From Eledone cirrhosa (taxonomy: Eukaryota), in the NCBI GenBank assembly GCA_964016885.1, contig OZ024743.1, forward strand, positions 240,684,001 to 240,748,000: a stretch of DNA of 64,000 bases. Direction: 5' to 3'. Below are positions 1 through 13,549 of this stretch, piece after piece. Made by a program: the position numbers and the translations under genes. Below the pieces are notes generated by a model, which saw nothing but the letters and a program-made list of their open reading frames with translations, did no database searches and had not been told where the DNA came from. Numbering within the stretch: the stretch's first letter is position 1; every line of letters starts with the position of its first letter.

Positions 1-194
1 AAAATAGCTTCTAGCATGATTTTACTCACGGCAGCACTGATACCTCTCCCCTTACCCCACCACCACACCCAATACTATTGTCGCCCAGGACCCCATCACC
101 ATCACCACCACCACCATCATCATCCTCACCACCACAACCATCACCATTGTCACCCACAATAACACAACCACTACAACCACCCCTATTATCACAT

Positions 195-770
195 ACACTA
201 CCATCACCACTATCACCCATAACGCCACCATCCTCACCACCACAACCATCACCACTACCACCCACAACGCCACCATCCTCACCACCACAACCATCACCAC
301 TATCACCCACAACGCCACCATCCTCACCACCACAACCATCACCACTATCACCCACAACACCACCATCCTCACCACCACAACCATCACCACTATCACCCAC
401 AACGCCACCATCCTCACCACCACAACCATCACCACTATCACCCACAACGCCACCATCCTCACCACCACAACCATCACCACTATCACCCACAACGCCACCA
501 TCCTCACCGCCACAACCATCACCACTATCACCCACAACGCCACCATCCTCACCCCCACAACCATCACCACTATCACCCACAACGCCACCATCCTCACCAC
601 CACAACCATCTCCACTATCACCCACAACGCCACCATCCTCACCACCACAACCATCACCACTATCACCCACAACGCCACCATCCTCACCACCACAACCATC
701 ACCACTATCACCCACAACGCCACCATCCTCACCACCACAACCATCACCATTATCACCTACAGTACCATCA
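195..770. repeat. 45-bp C/A-rich minisatellite (~12 copies)
   Basis: Unit ccaccatcctcaccaccacaaccatcaccactatcacccacaacg repeated almost perfectly. It accounts for the PPSSPPQPSPLSPTT ORF and the antisense ORFs, and is flanked by (CAC)n-derived sequence. Confidence 0.9.
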
Positions 771-1014
771 CCTCCACCACCATCATCACAGCCATTACCA
801 TTATCACCCACAACACCACAGTTACCACCACAATCACTCAGAATGCCATGACGACTATCACCAACAATACTACCATAATCACTCCCAACCACCACCACCA
901 CCACCACCACCTTCACCCCAACGACGACGACCACCACTACCACCACCACCATCACCACTACTACCACCACCACCACCATCACCACCACCACCACAATAAC
1001 GACTATGACCACAA

Positions 1015-1345
1015 CAGATGTTGGGTCTCCGTCGATTTCGAAGACGAGTATTTCAATTGTTCGACCAATGGAATTGCCGGCACGTGAAATTTACGTGCAA
1101 GCAGCAGAGCATTCCATCGACACATGTAACCGTAACGTAATTCTCAGGGAGATTCAGTGTAACACAGGGGTTTACAGTGTAACAAGGGTTTAAATTATAG
1201 GTACAACTCAAGTTTTTCAATTTAGAAGCCTGGACCTACAGGAAATAAAGTGTCTTGCTGAAGGACACAACACGCCCCCCGGGAATCGAATTCACAACCT
1301 TTTGGTCAAGAGCCAAGCACTCTAACTACTAAGCCATGCACCTTC
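1015..1345 (-). mobile_element. tRNA-derived SINE, family 2 (V-domain-like core)
   Basis: Minus strand has a tRNA-like head (A/B-box-like, ...aattcgattcccgg) followed by gtgtccttcagcaagacactt. Related copies at ~14325-14530 (+), 19210-19525 (-), 21080-21200 (-), 26090-26220 (-), 28295-28400 (+), 47790-48110 (-). Confidence 0.7.
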
Positions 1346-1778
1346 ATAACTACCACCAACACCACCAATATCCTCCCACCTCTATCATCACCACCACCAC
1401 CAACAATAACAATATCCTCCCACTTCTACCACCACTTCCACTACCACCACCACCTCTATCACCACCAACACCACCAATATCCTCCCACCTCTATCATCAC
1501 CACCACCACCAACAATAACAATATCCTCCCACTTCTACCACCACTTCCACCACCACCACCACCTCTATCACCACCACCACCAACAATATCCTCGCACCAC
1601 CACCACCACCACCACCAACAATATCCTCCCACCTCTATCACCACCACCACCACCAACAACAACGATAACAATATCCTCCCACTTCTACCACCACTTCCAC
1701 CACCAAGTTTCATGTTTCCAATCCTCAGACAAAATATGAACAGTGTGAAAAGTTACACCATCGAAAGGAGTTTCAATG

Positions 1779-2090
1779 GTGTAACTTTGTCATCTATTGT
1801 GTCATCCTGATAAGCTATTTCGATGGTATACACCTGTAATTGAATGGTGTGTCCTTGTCACATAATATATCACCTTGATTAGGTATATCGATGACCCCTA
1901 GATGTAATTCAAATGTTTGACCTTTTCATATACTGTGTCACCCTGACTAACTCTTTCGATAATTTCTACCTGTAATTTAAATGTGTACCTTTCTCATATA
2001 TTGTACCAGACTGATTAGCTCTTTCTATGAACAACACCTGTAATTTAAAGGTGTAATCTTGTCATACATTGCGCCACACTGATTAGGCAT
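1779..2090. repeat. Diverged 68-bp tandem repeat (~4.5 units)
   Basis: Recurrent gtgt..cttgtca.atattgtgtca.cctga.tagct.tttcgat......acctgtaatt.aa pattern at 68-bp spacing. Confidence 0.75.
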
Positions 2091-2650
2091 AAGAACTTCC
2101 CTAAGTGTACATCTTAATTCAGTTGATCTGACAACTAAATGATTAACGTCGACAGCGACGGAGCATCCAGCATCATGTATATATATATATATATGTGTGT
2201 ATGTATATGATTATGTATGAGTGTGAGTGTGAGTGTGAGTATAAGTGGTGTGTGTATGTGTATGTGTGTGTGTGTGTGTGTGTGAGTGTATGGTGTGATT
2301 GTATGTGTGTGAGTGTCTATGTATATGAGTGTTTGCGTGTCTGAGTGTCTATGAGTAAAGTAGAGAAATATTGATGAATTGACCACAATATTGACATTCA
2401 GTACTCTTTTTAAAATTAAAAGTATTGTTCTGCTGTGTATAAAAGTCTAAATCAAAACGCCTTCATGGTAGCAAGCTGTATCCACCATTGCTTGCTTGTC
2501 CTTTGGACAACATCAGTGGCGTGGAGAGGGGAGACTGGAATGCATGGGCGATTACTGGTTCTGCTCGAACAACACTTTAACCAGGATTGTGCCTCGGAGG
2601 GGAACTTTCCAGGTGCAAAACCATGGTCATTCATGACCAGAGGGGGACTA

Positions 2651-2694
<44 letters not shown>

Positions 2695-2698
<4 letters not shown>

Positions 2699-2896
2699 TG
2701 CAAGGAAAACCGCAAACCCTCCATCTCAATTCTACTTTTGAAAAGCACAAGAACTGCGACACCGGTAAAGGAACCAAATAAGTATTCTTAAAAAGACTCC
2801 AGTTGCATTTTCGATTTCATCTTTTTTCCTTATCCTTTCACTCGTGTAGGACACCTCGTTTTTTTTTTCATTTTGTAAAAGAAAACTAATTTTCTA
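2695..2896 (+). mobile_element. Solo pseudo-LTR fragment of the Neptune PLE family, with decayed hammerhead (2734-2771)
   Basis: Matches the reverse complement of 53385-53535, and its last ~50 nt match 57937-58008. Flanked by (TA)n on both sides. Confidence 0.85.
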
Positions 2897-2934
<38 letters not shown>

Positions 2935-2979
2935 CTAGCTGTTGAAACGGCAAGACCTCACCCATCGGGTTCCGACTCT

Positions 2980-3043
<64 letters not shown>

Positions 3044-3288
3044 TTTTGCAAGGTTTTTGATATGAAATCGTGTGTCGAAACAAATATAGTTATACTTGGG
3101 GAGGGTCATATTTATGTAGTAATATTGCCAGAATTAATAACAGAACACACTCACCCTTTGGTTGGTTTACGCTTCTGTATCTTTTATATCGGTTAATTTA
3201 ATTTACTCGGTCCTCAATGTTACCATTGACTGACCAACAGTCAAAAATACAGATATAATATAGACACAAACACATATATATATAGTCT

Positions 3289-3331
3289 AACAAAGTTCTT
3301 TCGTTGAACATCTGCAACATCGTCAGTGGTG
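3289..3331 (-). ncRNA. Candidate minimal hammerhead in the Nematis pLTR (also 35068-35110)
   Basis: acca-CUGACGA-U-GUUG(CA)...(UG)CAAC-GAAA-gaac-UU-uguu. Core and stem II are clear; stems I and III are imperfect. Confidence 0.5.
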
Positions 3332-3564
3332 CTATTATGTTTCCTCCTGTTGTATTGTATGTCTACGCCATCTTTATTTAATCTTTATTTATTTATGTTT
3401 GTCTTCTTCTCTGCGCATGCGTTTGCGTGTGTGTATAGTGTTTGAGGTGTGTTCGTGTTTGGGTGACTGTGTTTTGGTTATTGTATTCTATCTTAGATTA
3501 CTAGTGTGTGTTTATATGTGTTTGTTGTTATTGTGCTTGTGTATGTATTTATTTATTTATTTAT

Positions 3565-5210
3565 TTATATTTCTCTTAGGTCAGTATTGTTTGTTTGGGT
3601 GTTGTTGTTATTCCATTCATTTTTTCTGTTTAGCTTTGGCCTTCTAAGTTCTATTTCGCTGGCCTCTCTGATTTGCCTATCTGCTGGGTCATTTCTATGT
3701 TTAGATATTATTTTAATTTCTATGTTGTCTATGCTACCGTCGTGTTGTTGTCTGGCATGTTCGTATAGTACTGAACCGTTTTTTCGTCCTTTTAGTTCCC
3801 CATAGTGTTGGTCTATCCTTTCACCTATGCTACGAGCTGTCTCGCCTATGTATGTTGTTGACATGTTTCAGCAAGTACCCTCTGTACATCTTATGCTATA
3901 GACTACGTTTCTAGTTTTACAGTTTATCCGGGGGTTTACTTTACATATAATACATTTCCTATCAGTACAGTGGGTTTTCTTAAAAGGGTAGGTTTTGCTG
4001 ATCAGGGATTTTATGGTGGTTCCTGGTTTTTCTAGCACCTTAATCTTTAAGTGGATCTTTCTCAGGGCCTTTCTACACTGGTTAGCTAATTTCCCTCCAG
4101 GGGTAGCGTCCACGAACATGACACTCTGGTATCTCTGGATGTCTAGTCCTATCTAAGCTATTCCATGATTCGCTCCTGTATAATGGGCAAATTCCTTTCA
4201 TGTCCAGTTCTATGAGGGTCTTATACTTCTCCGTGGCTCCTTCGTATACTCTGATTCTGTCTCTTTGGTTGTAGCCAGACAACTGCATGCGGTTGATGAA
4301 GTGTTGGATGTGTCTTTCCATTTCTGCTGGGTCGCACATGCGGGACACGAACTTCATCACTCGTACCAAGTCTGCGATCAGAATATTAAACTTAGCACTA
4401 CTAGACATTGCTGAATTTTTGAGTATCAGGTATTTGTAGGCCATGGGTTTAGCGTAGTGTGAGTGGAGAATTTGGGCTCTCTCGTCTATAGTGTTAATCC
4501 AGAGTTCCGTGTCTAATACAGGTAGTCTATTGTTAGGGTGTTTGGAAGGGTAGTCGATAGTTACAGTTATACTCTGGTGTACGGAATTAGCTATCTGCTG
4601 GATGCTTTCCATTGTGCTACGTTCTAAATCAAACTTGTTAGTACTCTCTTGTGGGGATGTCCTTATTACTATATTGATGTCGTCTACATAACGAGAGTAC
4701 ATGATGAGGTCTATGGAGCTCTCATCAAGGAGATCTTTGAGTCTCCTTTCCCACCATACCATAAAAAGGTTGGCAACGTCACCAGCTATGCTGACGCCAA
4801 TGGCTGCTCCTTCATTTTGGGTGTAGATCTTCTCGTTGAATTTGAATATGTGGCCCTTTAGGGTAGTTTTAATACTAGCCCCTATTGCACGTGCGACCAT
4901 TTTTCTTACCTGATCATTGTTTTGGGGAGTCCGTATGGCTTTGGTCCACCCAGTCCACCTTCCCATGGGAGTTTCTTTTGCCATTGAGGCTATGGTGGGT
5001 GGGGGGGGGGGGAGGGGGGGTCTACCTCTTATGGGTCTACTGGGGCAGAAACGTCTAAGGTCATGGCTGTCTAGGTAGTCAGTGTCATAGGTAAGTCTAA
5101 GTAGGAGGCCCAGTTCGTCTGTGTCGACGTCGCAAAACTCCACCTCACTCTCAATGATCATCTCCACACATTTTTCCACACCAAAATCTATGTTAATGGA
5201 TGGGTATAGT
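3565..5210 (-). pseudogene. Disrupted PLE reverse transcriptase + GIY-YIG endonuclease
   Basis: ORFs 4082-5236, 3868-4119 and 3565-3864 are pieces of one polyprotein. It is broken by a ~30-bp deletion near 4138 (relative to copy 2) and an in-frame TGA at 3868. Confidence 0.9.
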
Positions 5211-5305
5211 GACCGTTGGTAAGTCAATGGCAACATTGAGGACTGAGTAAATTAAATTAACTAGCTGTTGAAACGGCAAGAGCTCAGCCATCGGGTTCCG
5301 ACTCT

Positions 5306-5353
<48 letters not shown>

Positions 5354-5885
5354 AAAAGTAAACGAAGAAAAACGCAAGGGAACGATACAGTACAATAAAG
5401 ATATATATTAGTGTAACGTTTAATACATCTAAATACATAACCTTATATAAAATACATTATATACATTGTTTCATTATATGAATTATATTGATTAAATGAA
5501 AACACAAAACATATATCTACATATCTATAGTAATACGTAAATATATTGTAATCTAAGTACCTTCCATCGACAACTACCATAACCCGCCAAATAAAATATT
5601 ACTTCTCCAAAACACACGCACACACATAAAGGCATACATACAAACATACACAGGCATATATGTACAAACAAACATACACAGGCATACACACACACACAGA
5701 CATACTCAACTGAAAGAATGTATTCCATTAGTTTAACCCCCCTCTATGAGAATATAACAGACACCTCAGTGAAAATATGAATAGTTGTGATTTATTTCTA
5801 TATTAAAGGAGCAAAGAAATAAACTTTCCAACTCTGTTATATATGTGTGTGTGTGTTTGTGTGTGTGTGTTTATACATATGTGCT

Positions 5886-5982
<97 letters not shown>

Positions 5983-6772
5983 CATGCGCGCCTTTATAAC
6001 ATATATTAAAAATATTTATATTGTACATATATTGTTTGTGTCTATCTTCATCTCTCTCTCTCTCTCTCTTTCTCTCACTCTCACTGTCACTCTCTCACTC
6101 TCACTCTCTCTCTTCCTGTACACAAATGTGTATATATGTATATACATCATGGATACCTACACACACACACACACACATATATATATATTTGTATGAAATA
6201 CATAAGTTACATACATACATACCCACAAACTCACCCACAAATATACAAATATACAGTCACATACATACGATCACATGCCTACACACACATGCACATGCCT
6301 ACACATACACACACATACACACATATTTATGTGTTCATGTAACAAACGATTCTTCGTTTTCCCATCATATTCAAATTTTTACACGATATTATATTACATT
6401 TGTAAATTTCTTTAATCATTTCTATATTATTTATTAAAAATATAATAATATAGAAAGAAATGCAATTGTATTTATTACCTTTACTTGTATTTCATTGTTT
6501 CTTAGTCTCACTAAAATCTAATAAACCCAATAAAAACACATTATATGTAAAAGAAAAGACCAACACATTTATTGATAAGTGTAACGTTACTACATATAAA
6601 TGGCTTATTTCTGTATGTTATATGTTTAAACAATTTTTTTTTAGTTTAATAGCTTCGGATAAAGATAACATAAAAAAATATACCACAACAAACACACGCA
6701 AGCATACACACACATGCACATATAGATATACATATATAATATATCTATTTATCTGTCTACGTGCCTGTCTGT

Positions 6773-6872
<100 letters not shown>

Positions 6873-6901
6873 ACACAAATGTATATATATATTACATATA
6901 T

Positions 6902-6938
<37 letters not shown>

Positions 6939-7311
6939 ATGTGTGCGTATATATATACACATACACTACTGGTGAGCTTGATTCAAGTAGACCAGTATCC
7001 ATATAGGTATTCAATAAGTGATGTATGTATTTGGAGTAAAACTCTATGAAGAGTTTGTCTATTCCAGCTCGCCATATCTTGATATTCTCTTTATAATTAC
7101 TAATAAGTTTTATTACAGATGTAAATACAAATACGTCAGTCGTATATTGATCTGAATACATTCGACCCTAGTGACATCATATATCCGTCCACCCAAATAC
7201 AGGCCAATGGATTTGTGTCCTAGAAATAACAGTGATAGGTCACCCCAACCTTCATACTTCTTTATTTAACCCCGTCGTTTACATTTATTATTTTCAGCAC
7301 ACAATACAATC

Positions 7312-7490
7312 ATTGGCAGTATCAGTAGAGGGTCGGACGCCATGCTTTCCAGCATAGTTACGTCCCTTTACGATCTGAGTTCAAATCCCGCTGAGGTTGA
7401 CGTTGCCTTTCATCCTTACAGGGTCGATAAAATAAAGTACCAGTAATGCACTGGACAATTGCTGGCCTTGTGCCTAAAGTAGAAACAATT
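7312..7490 (+). mobile_element. tRNA-derived SINE, family 1 (Meta/MESC-like core)
   Basis: A-box-like tggcagtatc, B-box gagttcaaatccc, core gcctttcatccttacggggtcgataaaataaagtacc, tail gtagaaacaattatt. Confidence 0.85.
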
Positions 7491-8392
7491 ATTTCGTAAT
7501 ATTTCTCTATCCTTTCGCCTCTTCTTATAAAGCCATTTACGACATCTTTGGTCTAGTGCTACATATTAAGTGTATAAAAATAATCATTTCTCTTGGTTTG
7601 TTCATGATTTGTTAATCTGATATAAAAGTTGCCTTTACAGAACAGGATTTTAACAGTCATCGTTGGCATCGTTCAAATTATATATATACTATAATAATTG
7701 AATTCTTTTTAGGGACTGTAAGGTCGTTATTGATAATCGAAGGATTGTGATAACCACCTTTCATGGACGTAAGATTATGCCATTAAAATATATTATTCAT
7801 AAATTCTCACCAGCGCGCTCTGGCTGGCTTAAATTCATGAAACCCTTGGATATAACTAAAATTTGCATGTATATATTTTTCAACCTAACTAGATCCTACT
7901 TTATAAGCTCTACCAAATTCATATATATAGCCATTAGTTTTTGCGGGGGGATATTTCGTACCTTTCTTAATATATATAACTAGATAAAACGTATTTATTA
8001 CATTCTCTCAATGTCTAACGCCTTTTCTATCATATTTAATTATGAAAAACAACCTCTGCTGTGTTTTGACTTCTGGCTACAAATTGAATCAGTTATTTAA
8101 ATTTCAAATTAATAGTACCGTTCCAAACAGACAATACCTCACCTACACATAAGCTACAGCTGAAAATAGCAATCGTTCATTGATTGATATTTTCCCTCTT
8201 TCCTTCTTTTCTTCTTATAAAACTCGTCCCACATTTCCCTTGTTTTGAATTCCCTTTCACACAACATCCACTAAATTAACGCTCTCATTCTCAATAGCCT
8301 CACATAGATTCGTTCCTTCTCATCCCTGCCCCAGTCTGTCTTCATCGATTTTACCATTTATGCTAGTAATTTTTGTCGATATACGTTGAGGA

Positions 8393-8494
<102 letters not shown>

Positions 8495-8508
8495 CACCCT
8501 CTCTCTCT

Positions 8509-8556
<48 letters not shown>

Positions 8557-8727
8557 TAGCGGTTACATAACATCGTGCAATTCAAGCTATTACATTTGTT
8601 GGAGCTGTCTGACAAACCAACACACAAGTTCTGTTTGTACAAACTGCACCTATCCAAGCGTCAAGTGGTTTTATGCCTCAGATTAGATCGGTCGGAGCGT
8701 ATTGCCTTGAAGACATGTATGCTTAAG

Positions 8728-8766
<39 letters not shown>

Positions 8767-8774
8767 TGTGTGTG

Positions 8775-8831
<57 letters not shown>

Positions 8832-8991
8832 GGAAAGAGTCAGGACCCCGACGGCCGAGCTCTGGCCGTTTCAACAGCTAGATCCGAACTAAGTCAGCAC
8901 TGACTCTTTTCATATTACCCATTCTACTATCCTAAGTATCGAGTACTCTGGGGCGTTATGTTCCACCTGGCATCTTACCACACCTTCTTTG

Positions 8992-8992
<1 letters not shown>
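8832..8992. mobile_element. Short (TA)n-embedded element family A (pLTR-like, hammerhead 3' half)
   Basis: Contains GAAAC-GGCC-loop-GGCC-GUC on the minus strand plus the conserved tail ...ctaagtatcgagtactctg...ccttctttgt(TA)n. Related copies at 2934-2982, 5259-5308, 16142-16320, 34431-34590, 53172-53294, 60458-60540. Confidence 0.75.
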
Positions 8993-9562
<570 letters not shown>

Positions 9563-9584
9563 TATATATATACATTTATATATA

Positions 9585-9784
9585 CAGTTTGTTCGGTTTT
9601 TACGCAAATTTAATACGCGAATACGCTTTAACGCATCTTGAAAAAATATTAAATAACCACTAAGCGCGAATAACGCACTATAACGCGTGTGGTTTTTATT
9701 TTTTTTATTTATCAGAAATACTAGACCTGAATTACGCGAACTTGCTTTACGCGCCGCATCTTTGCGTAAAAAGCGAACACACTG
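9585..9784. mobile_element. 200-bp MITE, Tc1/mariner(pogo)-type ends
   Basis: 24-bp TIRs cagtttgttcggtttttacgcaaa / tttgcgtaaaaagcgaacacactg (2 mismatches). CAGT terminus, TA on both sides, no ORF. Confidence 0.85.
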
Positions 9785-9855
9785 TATATATATATATATA
9801 TATATAATAAATAAACGATATGATATATAATATGATATAATATAATATAATATAA

Positions 9856-9970
9856 TTGTTTCTACTTTAGGAACAAGGCCAGCAATTACCCAGTACATTA
9901 CTGGTACTTTATTTTATCGACCCCGTAAGGATGAAAGGCAAAGTTAACCTCGGCGGGATTTGAACTCAGA
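9856..9970 (-). mobile_element. SINE family 1, 5'-truncated
   Basis: Reverse complement of the B-box, core and tail. Confidence 0.85.
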
Positions 9971-10019
9971 TTGAATATAATATAATATAACATAATATAA
10001 TATAATATAATATATATAA

Positions 10020-10067
<48 letters not shown>

Positions 10068-10169
10068 GGTGTGCGGGTGAGCGATATCTGCAGTCATTTC
10101 CAGCTGAGTGTCTGGCACTCACCCGCAAACATGGAGCTCTTTTATGCTGCGAGTAATGAACTATTTATA

Positions 10170-10370
10170 CGAGACACGCTAAATAGTTGCACTCCACATG
10201 TAAACACAGACTGTTGAATATTAAATAACGGGACATAAATCCAGACAAATTAGTGCTCCAACAGGCGAAACATCCATGAAGACTGTGTTACAAAAGAACC
10301 AAATTCGTTGGATAGGACATGTCACCAGCATGAGCAACAATATGATCATGTCCACATAACTTCCCTATAG
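10170..10370 (+). pseudogene. Decayed RTE (BovB-like) LINE ORF 3' fragment
   Basis: Conceptual translation ...HRLLNIK*RD.NPDKLVLQQA...VLQKNQIRWIGHVTSMSNN resembles the RTE C-terminal LRW.GHV.RM motif. Confidence 0.65.
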
Positions 10371-12686
10371 TACATACCTGTACCCAAACAACTTCCCTAT
10401 AGTACATACCTGTACCCAAACATCTTCCCTATAGTACATACCTGTACCCAAACAACTTCCCTATAGTACATACCTGTACCCAAACAACTTCCCTATAGTA
10501 CATACCTGTACCCAAACAACTTCTCTATAGTACATACCTGTACCCAAACAACTTCCCTATAGTACATACCTGTACCCAAACAACTTCCCTATAGTACATA
10601 CCTGTACCCAAACAACTTCCCTATAGTACATACATGTACCCAAACAACTTCCCTATAGTACATACCTGTACCCAAACAACTTCCCTATAGTACATACCTG
10701 TACCCAAACAACTTCCCTATAGTACATACCTGTACCCAAACAACTTCCCTATAGTACATACCTGTACCCAAACAAGTTCCCTAAAGTACATACCTGTACC
10801 CAAACAACTTCCCTAAAGTACATACCTGTACCCAAACAACTTCCCTATAGTACATACCTGTACCCAAACAACTTCCCTATAGTACATACCTGTACCCAAA
10901 CAACTTCCCTATAGTACATACCTGAACCCAAACAACTTCCCTATAGTACATACCTGTACACAAACAACTTCCCTATAGTACATACCTGTACCCAAACAAC
11001 TTCTCTATAGTACATACCTGTACCCAAACAACTTCCCTATAGTACATACCTGTACCCAAACAACTTCCCTAAAGTACATACCTGTACCCAAACAACTTCC
11101 CTAAAGTACATACCTGTACCCAAACAACTTCCCTATAGTACATACCTGTACCCAAACAACTTCCCTATAGTACATACCTGTACCCAAACAACTTCCCTAT
11201 AGTACATACCTGTACCCAAACAACTTCCCTATAGTACATACCTGTACCCAAACAACTTCCCTATAGTACATACCTGTACCCAAACAACTTCCCTAAAGTA
11301 CATACCTGTACCCAAACAACTTCCCTAAAGTACATACCTGTACCCAAACAACTTCCCTATAGTACATACCTGTACCCAAACAACTTCCCTATAGTACATA
11401 CCTGTACCCAAACAACTTCCCTATAGTACATACCTGAACCCAAACAACTTCCCTATAGTACATACCTGTACACAAACAACTTCCCTATAGTACATACCTG
11501 TACCCAAACAACTTCTCTATAGTACATACCTGTACCCAAACAACTTCCCTATAGTACATACCTGTACCCAAACAACTTCCCTAAAGTACATACCTGTACC
11601 CAAACAACTTCCCTATAGTACATACCTGTACCCAAACAACTTCCCTATAGTACATACCTGTACCCAAACAACTTCCCTATAGTACATACCTGTACCCAAA
11701 CAACTTCCCTATAGTACATACCTGTACCCAAACAACTTCCCTATAGTACATACCTGTACCCAAACAACTTCCCTATAGTACATACCTGTACCCAAACAAC
11801 TTCCCTATAGTACATACCTGTACCCAAACAACTTCCCTAAAGTACATACCTGTACCCAAACAACTTCCCTAAAGTACATACCTGTACCCAAACAACTTCC
11901 CTAAAGTACATACCTGTACCCAAACAACTTCCCTAAAGTACATACCTGTACCCAAACAACTTCCCTATAGTACATACCTGTACCCAAACAACTTCCCTAT
12001 AGTACATACCTGTACCCAAACAACTTCCCTAAAGTACATACCTGTACCCAAACAACTTCCCTATAGTACATACATGTACCCAAACAACTTCCCTATAGTA
12101 CATACCTGTACCCAAACAACTTCTCTATAGTACATACCTGTACCCAAACAACTTCCCTAAAGTACATACCTGTACCCAAACAACTTCCCTAAAGTACATA
12201 CCTGTACCCAAACAACTTCCCTATAGTACATACCTGTACCCAAACAACTTCCCTAAAGTACATACCTGTACCCAAACAACTTCTCTATAGTACATACCTG
12301 TACCCAAACAACTTCCCTAAAGTACATACCTGTACCCAAACAACTTCCCTATAGTACATACCTGTACCCAAACAACTTCCCTATAGTACATACCTGTACA
12401 CAAACAACTTCCCTATAGTACATACCTGTACCCAAACAACTTCTCTATAGTACATACCTGTACCCAAACAACTTCCCTATAGTACATACCTGTACCCAAA
12501 AAACTTCCCTAAAGTACATACCTGTACCCAAACAACTTCCCTAAAGTACATACCTGTACCCAAACAACTTCCCTAAAGTACATACCTGTACCCAAACAAC
12601 TTCCCTAAAGTACATACCTGTACACAAACAATTACCCTATAGTACATACCTGTACTCAAACAACTTCTCTATAGTACATACCTGTA
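10358..12686. repeat. 32-bp minisatellite (~73 copies)
   Basis: Unit aacttccctatagtacatacctgtacccaaac, head-to-tail with no spacers and few point variants (cta-a-ag, ttct, gaac, acac). Confidence 0.97.
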
Positions 12687-12724
12687 TATGTTGATTTAAC
12701 ACTTCACATCATATCATGTCTCTC

Positions 12725-12795
12725 TATTTTATCTGATGAGAACGCAAATATCATCCCATGATGATATTTGTTTTTGAAATGCGCATAATAAAATA
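12725..12795 (+). ncRNA. Type I hammerhead ribozyme (family B)
   Basis: Stem I UAUUUUAU/AUAAAAUA; core CUGAUGA; stem II CAAAUAUCAUC/GAUGAUAUUUG; GAAA; palindromic stem III UGCGCA. Predicted cleavage after AUA at 12787. Confidence 0.88.
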
Positions 12796-12825
12796 CCTGG
12801 AACTCTTTTAACCATCTTTTGATTT

Positions 12826-12877
<52 letters not shown>

Positions 12878-13169
12878 GATGTGTCTACGAAAATATGTCG
12901 TAAGATTGAAATATTGAGGTACGTTTAACTATCATATGGTAGCGAAACACACGCACACAAATGTGTGTGTGTGTGTGAATGTGAATTCGTTGCAATGTAT
13001 ACACGGGAGCTAAAACACTCAATGCATTAAGAGAGTTTAAATATATTTCTTTAGCGTTGGAAGACGAAACATTTTTGCGTTACTTCAGATTTCGTGTTTA
13101 CACTTATCACTTGATAAGTGGAAACAGGAATCTTGAAATTGCAGAGCAAAAAAAGTTTTTGGCTTCTAA

Positions 13170-13228
<59 letters not shown>

Positions 13229-13243
13229 CATACTAATACATAC

Positions 13244-13351
<108 letters not shown>

Positions 13352-13433
13352 TTATGTATATATATGGATAATATGTTTATATGTGTGTTGGCTTGGATGT
13401 GTGTATGTGCATATATATATACATGTATATAGG

Positions 13434-13549
<116 letters not shown>

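Larger units (their letters stand above)
3040..5260 (-). mobile_element. Penelope-like element, Nematis-type, 5'-truncated (copy 1)
   Basis: RT motifs SLYPS, GAAIGVSIAGDVANLFM, YSRYVDD, LPVLDTELW; Cys-rich linker CTDRKCIIC; GIY-YIG VVYSIRC...YIGETARSIGERIDQH. 3' UTR/pLTR runs to a (TA)n tract; an inverted pLTR piece lies at 5210-5260. Confidence 0.9.

Noticed and set aside
26-1012. Extensin/mucin-like Pro-Ser-Thr protein or Gly/Asp-rich antisense protein
   Set aside because: Several frames on both strands are open only because the 45-bp unit lacks stops; there is no ATG, signal peptide or splice support.
3868-3870. In-frame TGA in the GIY-YIG domain as selenocysteine
   Set aside because: Copy 2 has AGA (Arg) at this position, so it is most simply a nonsense mutation; no SECIS was recognised.
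7312-7400. tRNA genes at gttcaaatccc B-box sites
   Set aside because: No cloverleaf; each site continues into the SINE core and tail.
10358-12686. CRISPR-like array (32-bp repeats)
   Set aside because: Units are contiguous with no unique spacers, there are no cas genes, and the context is eukaryotic.
13060-13160. Hairpin followed by GAAA on minus strand, with GAGTGTT downstream
   Set aside because: Fits the pLTR pattern loosely, but the core is unrecognisable, so it was left uncalled.
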